Of a DNA stretch of 64,000 nucleotides, positions 61,919 to 64,000 are shown in pieces. Positions within the stretch are counted from its first letter, which is position 1; each line of letters opens with the position of its first letter. The notes under the pieces are model-generated. The model had not been told where the DNA came from. It searched no databases and was given only the letters and a program-made list of their open reading frames with translations. The position numbers and the translations under genes are program-made. Source of the DNA: Aplysia californica (taxonomy: Eukaryota); the NCBI RefSeq assembly GCF_000002075.1, contig NW_004797351.1, forward strand, positions 1,139,199 to 1,203,198, read 5' to 3'.

Positions 61919-62036
61919 TTTACCCTCGTCCCCTCGTCATCGTCAGCCCCGTGCTATTTCTACTTTACAATTTTAAAAATAATAATGCCACACTTATATA
62001 AATGCAATATAGGTAACATAATCCATACCTTGTGAT

Positions 62037-62166
62037 NNNNNNNNNNNNNNNNNNNNNNNNNNNNNNNNNNNNNNNNNNNNNNNNNNNNNNNNNNNNNNNN
62101 NNNNNNNNNNNNNNNNNNNNNNNNNNNNNNNNNNNNNNNNNNNNNNNNNNNNNNNNNNNNNNNNNN
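62037..62166. other. Assembly gap (N run)
   Basis: Run of n. Confidence 0.99.
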
Positions 62167-64000
62167 CACACGTGCACATGTACACCCCCCCCCCCCCCAC
62201 ACACACATACATACACACACACAAACACACACACTCAAATGAATACAGCAACATCAATAAATTGACTAAATCAATGTAGTGCACTTCTCTCCCCCTCTCT
62301 CTTTCTGTCTCACTCTCTTGACCCCTAAACCCTGTGCGGCACTGCGGTGCAAAGTGTTTGTCATAGAGATTAGAAGAGTGCCCTTACCGTGGCATTTTCT
62401 CTCAACCCGTGAATGCCGTGAAAAATGAGCGAATCGCGACACATCATATGCAAAATCCTTTGTAGCCATTTAACCACCAAATAAATAACAATAGACATCA
62501 TTAAGAAAACACCCTTTCAATATGTGATAAAAAGTGCAAACACACCGGAAAACTAAAAAAGCGAAGTCAAAATTGGTACGACTACAAAATTTCGACTTCT
62601 TGGTTTGAAACTGTCCACGTGTTCGCAATGGATCCGAAAAAAAAGAAACGAACAGCGCAAGGGACATCAGTGCAGTTTTAAATTTACAAAAACAAAAGTA
62701 GTAGGTGAGAAATTGCCAAAACTAGACCAACTTCCGCGCTGGAGTCAGCGCCGCAGTCGGGCACATCAACTCTAGATCTAATTTTGTTTTTTGTCTCGAC
62801 ACCTTTTAGAATCTTTAGATCTAGATCTTAGTCATGTCCTTATAAAAACGCATTTCAATGTGAATTTCTCAAGACACGCAGTATGTAAATTTTCAGTTTT
62901 CGAGGACTCTCAATCTAGATGGCCTACTGAAATTGAAGATACTGAACTTTCATTTTCTCACTAATTTTACCTCTGCAAACAGCCGACTCCGGCCTCCTTC
63001 AACCGCAGATATCTTGATTTCTAATAAAAATAAATGGGTATTTTAACAAATATATCCAAAGCAAGCATGGGTCTCAATATTCCGCTATTTAGCAGATTTC
63101 CGCTACCGCCATTTCCTCTGCTAAACTCTGCTACCGCGACAGCGGGTCAATCAGAAAGAGAGTTGCTGGGAGCAGATTGACTGCCAGGCCTCGGGAATTA
63201 CCCAGGAATTTGAAAAAAATCGCTGAGACGAGGGAAAATACGTAAAAGATCTCGAATATTGTTTGAAAACCAAATCCGATAACGTCTTTAAAAGTTCATT
63301 TTTGCTGGTTGCGATTGTGATATTAATTCGGCTTTTCCCGGTCTGAGAGTATGTTTCACGCGAACAGGCGGCTATGGCGGCAAGTGGAATTGTATGTGAC
63401 ATCGAAGCTCGACCGGAAAATCAAGATCTCAGAAATTTGTTTGTAAAAGTCTGAATACGCAACATTTATAACATGCAGGTTCTGGCATGCATTACAAACG
63501 TGGTGTCGCCATGAAAATAATATTCATCACTGTGCTGTCGCTTGTGGGGGGTACTTGTTTATACCGTAAACCTCCCGAAACCACGCAAAAACCACCCAAA
63601 CCCCCCCCCCCGAAACAATCCGAAACCTCCTCAAAATTTATATGATATGATGTTATTTTGCTATGCTATCTATCGCTCTGTGGAAAAAACATTGATCTGT
63701 AATACAATATTGTCTTTTGTTTTAGTAAATGTTTTACTGCACTTGCAACACGATAACGTCAGACAAGTGCCGAAGATTAGAGGTGTTACAAGAGAGCAAC
63801 AAACACAAAAAAGAAGGAGGCGGGAGATAAGGACGATAGATGTTTGATAGGAAAGAAGGAGCAAAAAACACCAGAGCACCCGCCAACCACCCACTTGGAT
63901 ACTTCTTGATCCCGAAAAAATGATTAAAACTAAAAAACAATACAATAGAAATAAGAGACAATATTTCACTTGGTTTGACTTATTTGTTTTTATTTCAAAC

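Noticed and set aside
61910-62001. Single-exon 88-aa ORF with a long hydrophobic tail
   Set aside because: The part after 61909 follows a U12 donor and lacks the COA3 C-terminal motif, so it is intronic

Overview
This is eukaryotic genomic DNA, probably from a mollusc (inferred from Nin-domain-like tRNA SINEs, intron-dense genes and the repeat content). It is AT-rich, has two N gaps, and the ORF track is mostly uninformative because the genes are spliced. Three host genes could be reconstructed by hand. (1) A ~19-20-exon NRF-6-like gene (NRF domain plus acyltransferase-3, ~853-873 aa) on + at 6779-31979. Its conserved R-X10-H histidine is replaced by Asn, it has a long basic Ser-rich linker, and two of its splice acceptors are tandemly triplicated. 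(2) A convergent gene on - at 56603-48516 with 8 coding exons, encoding a 412-aa protein with an N-myristoylation-like start, degenerate WD40/beta-propeller-like blades and a C-terminal SOCS box; I cannot assign it to a named SOCS-box family. (3) The first coding exon of COA3/CCDC56 on + at 61735-61909, ending at a U12-type donor (GTATCCTTT) and lying head-to-head with gene 2. The rest is mobile DNA: a full-length, decayed single-ORF APE-RT-RNaseH LINE with a target-site duplication (TSD; 1747-5986), truncated I-group, RTE-like and L2-like LINE fragments, several SINE families, TTAA- and TA-flanked MITEs, and mini/microsatellites. Exon models are manual and need RNA-seq confirmation.
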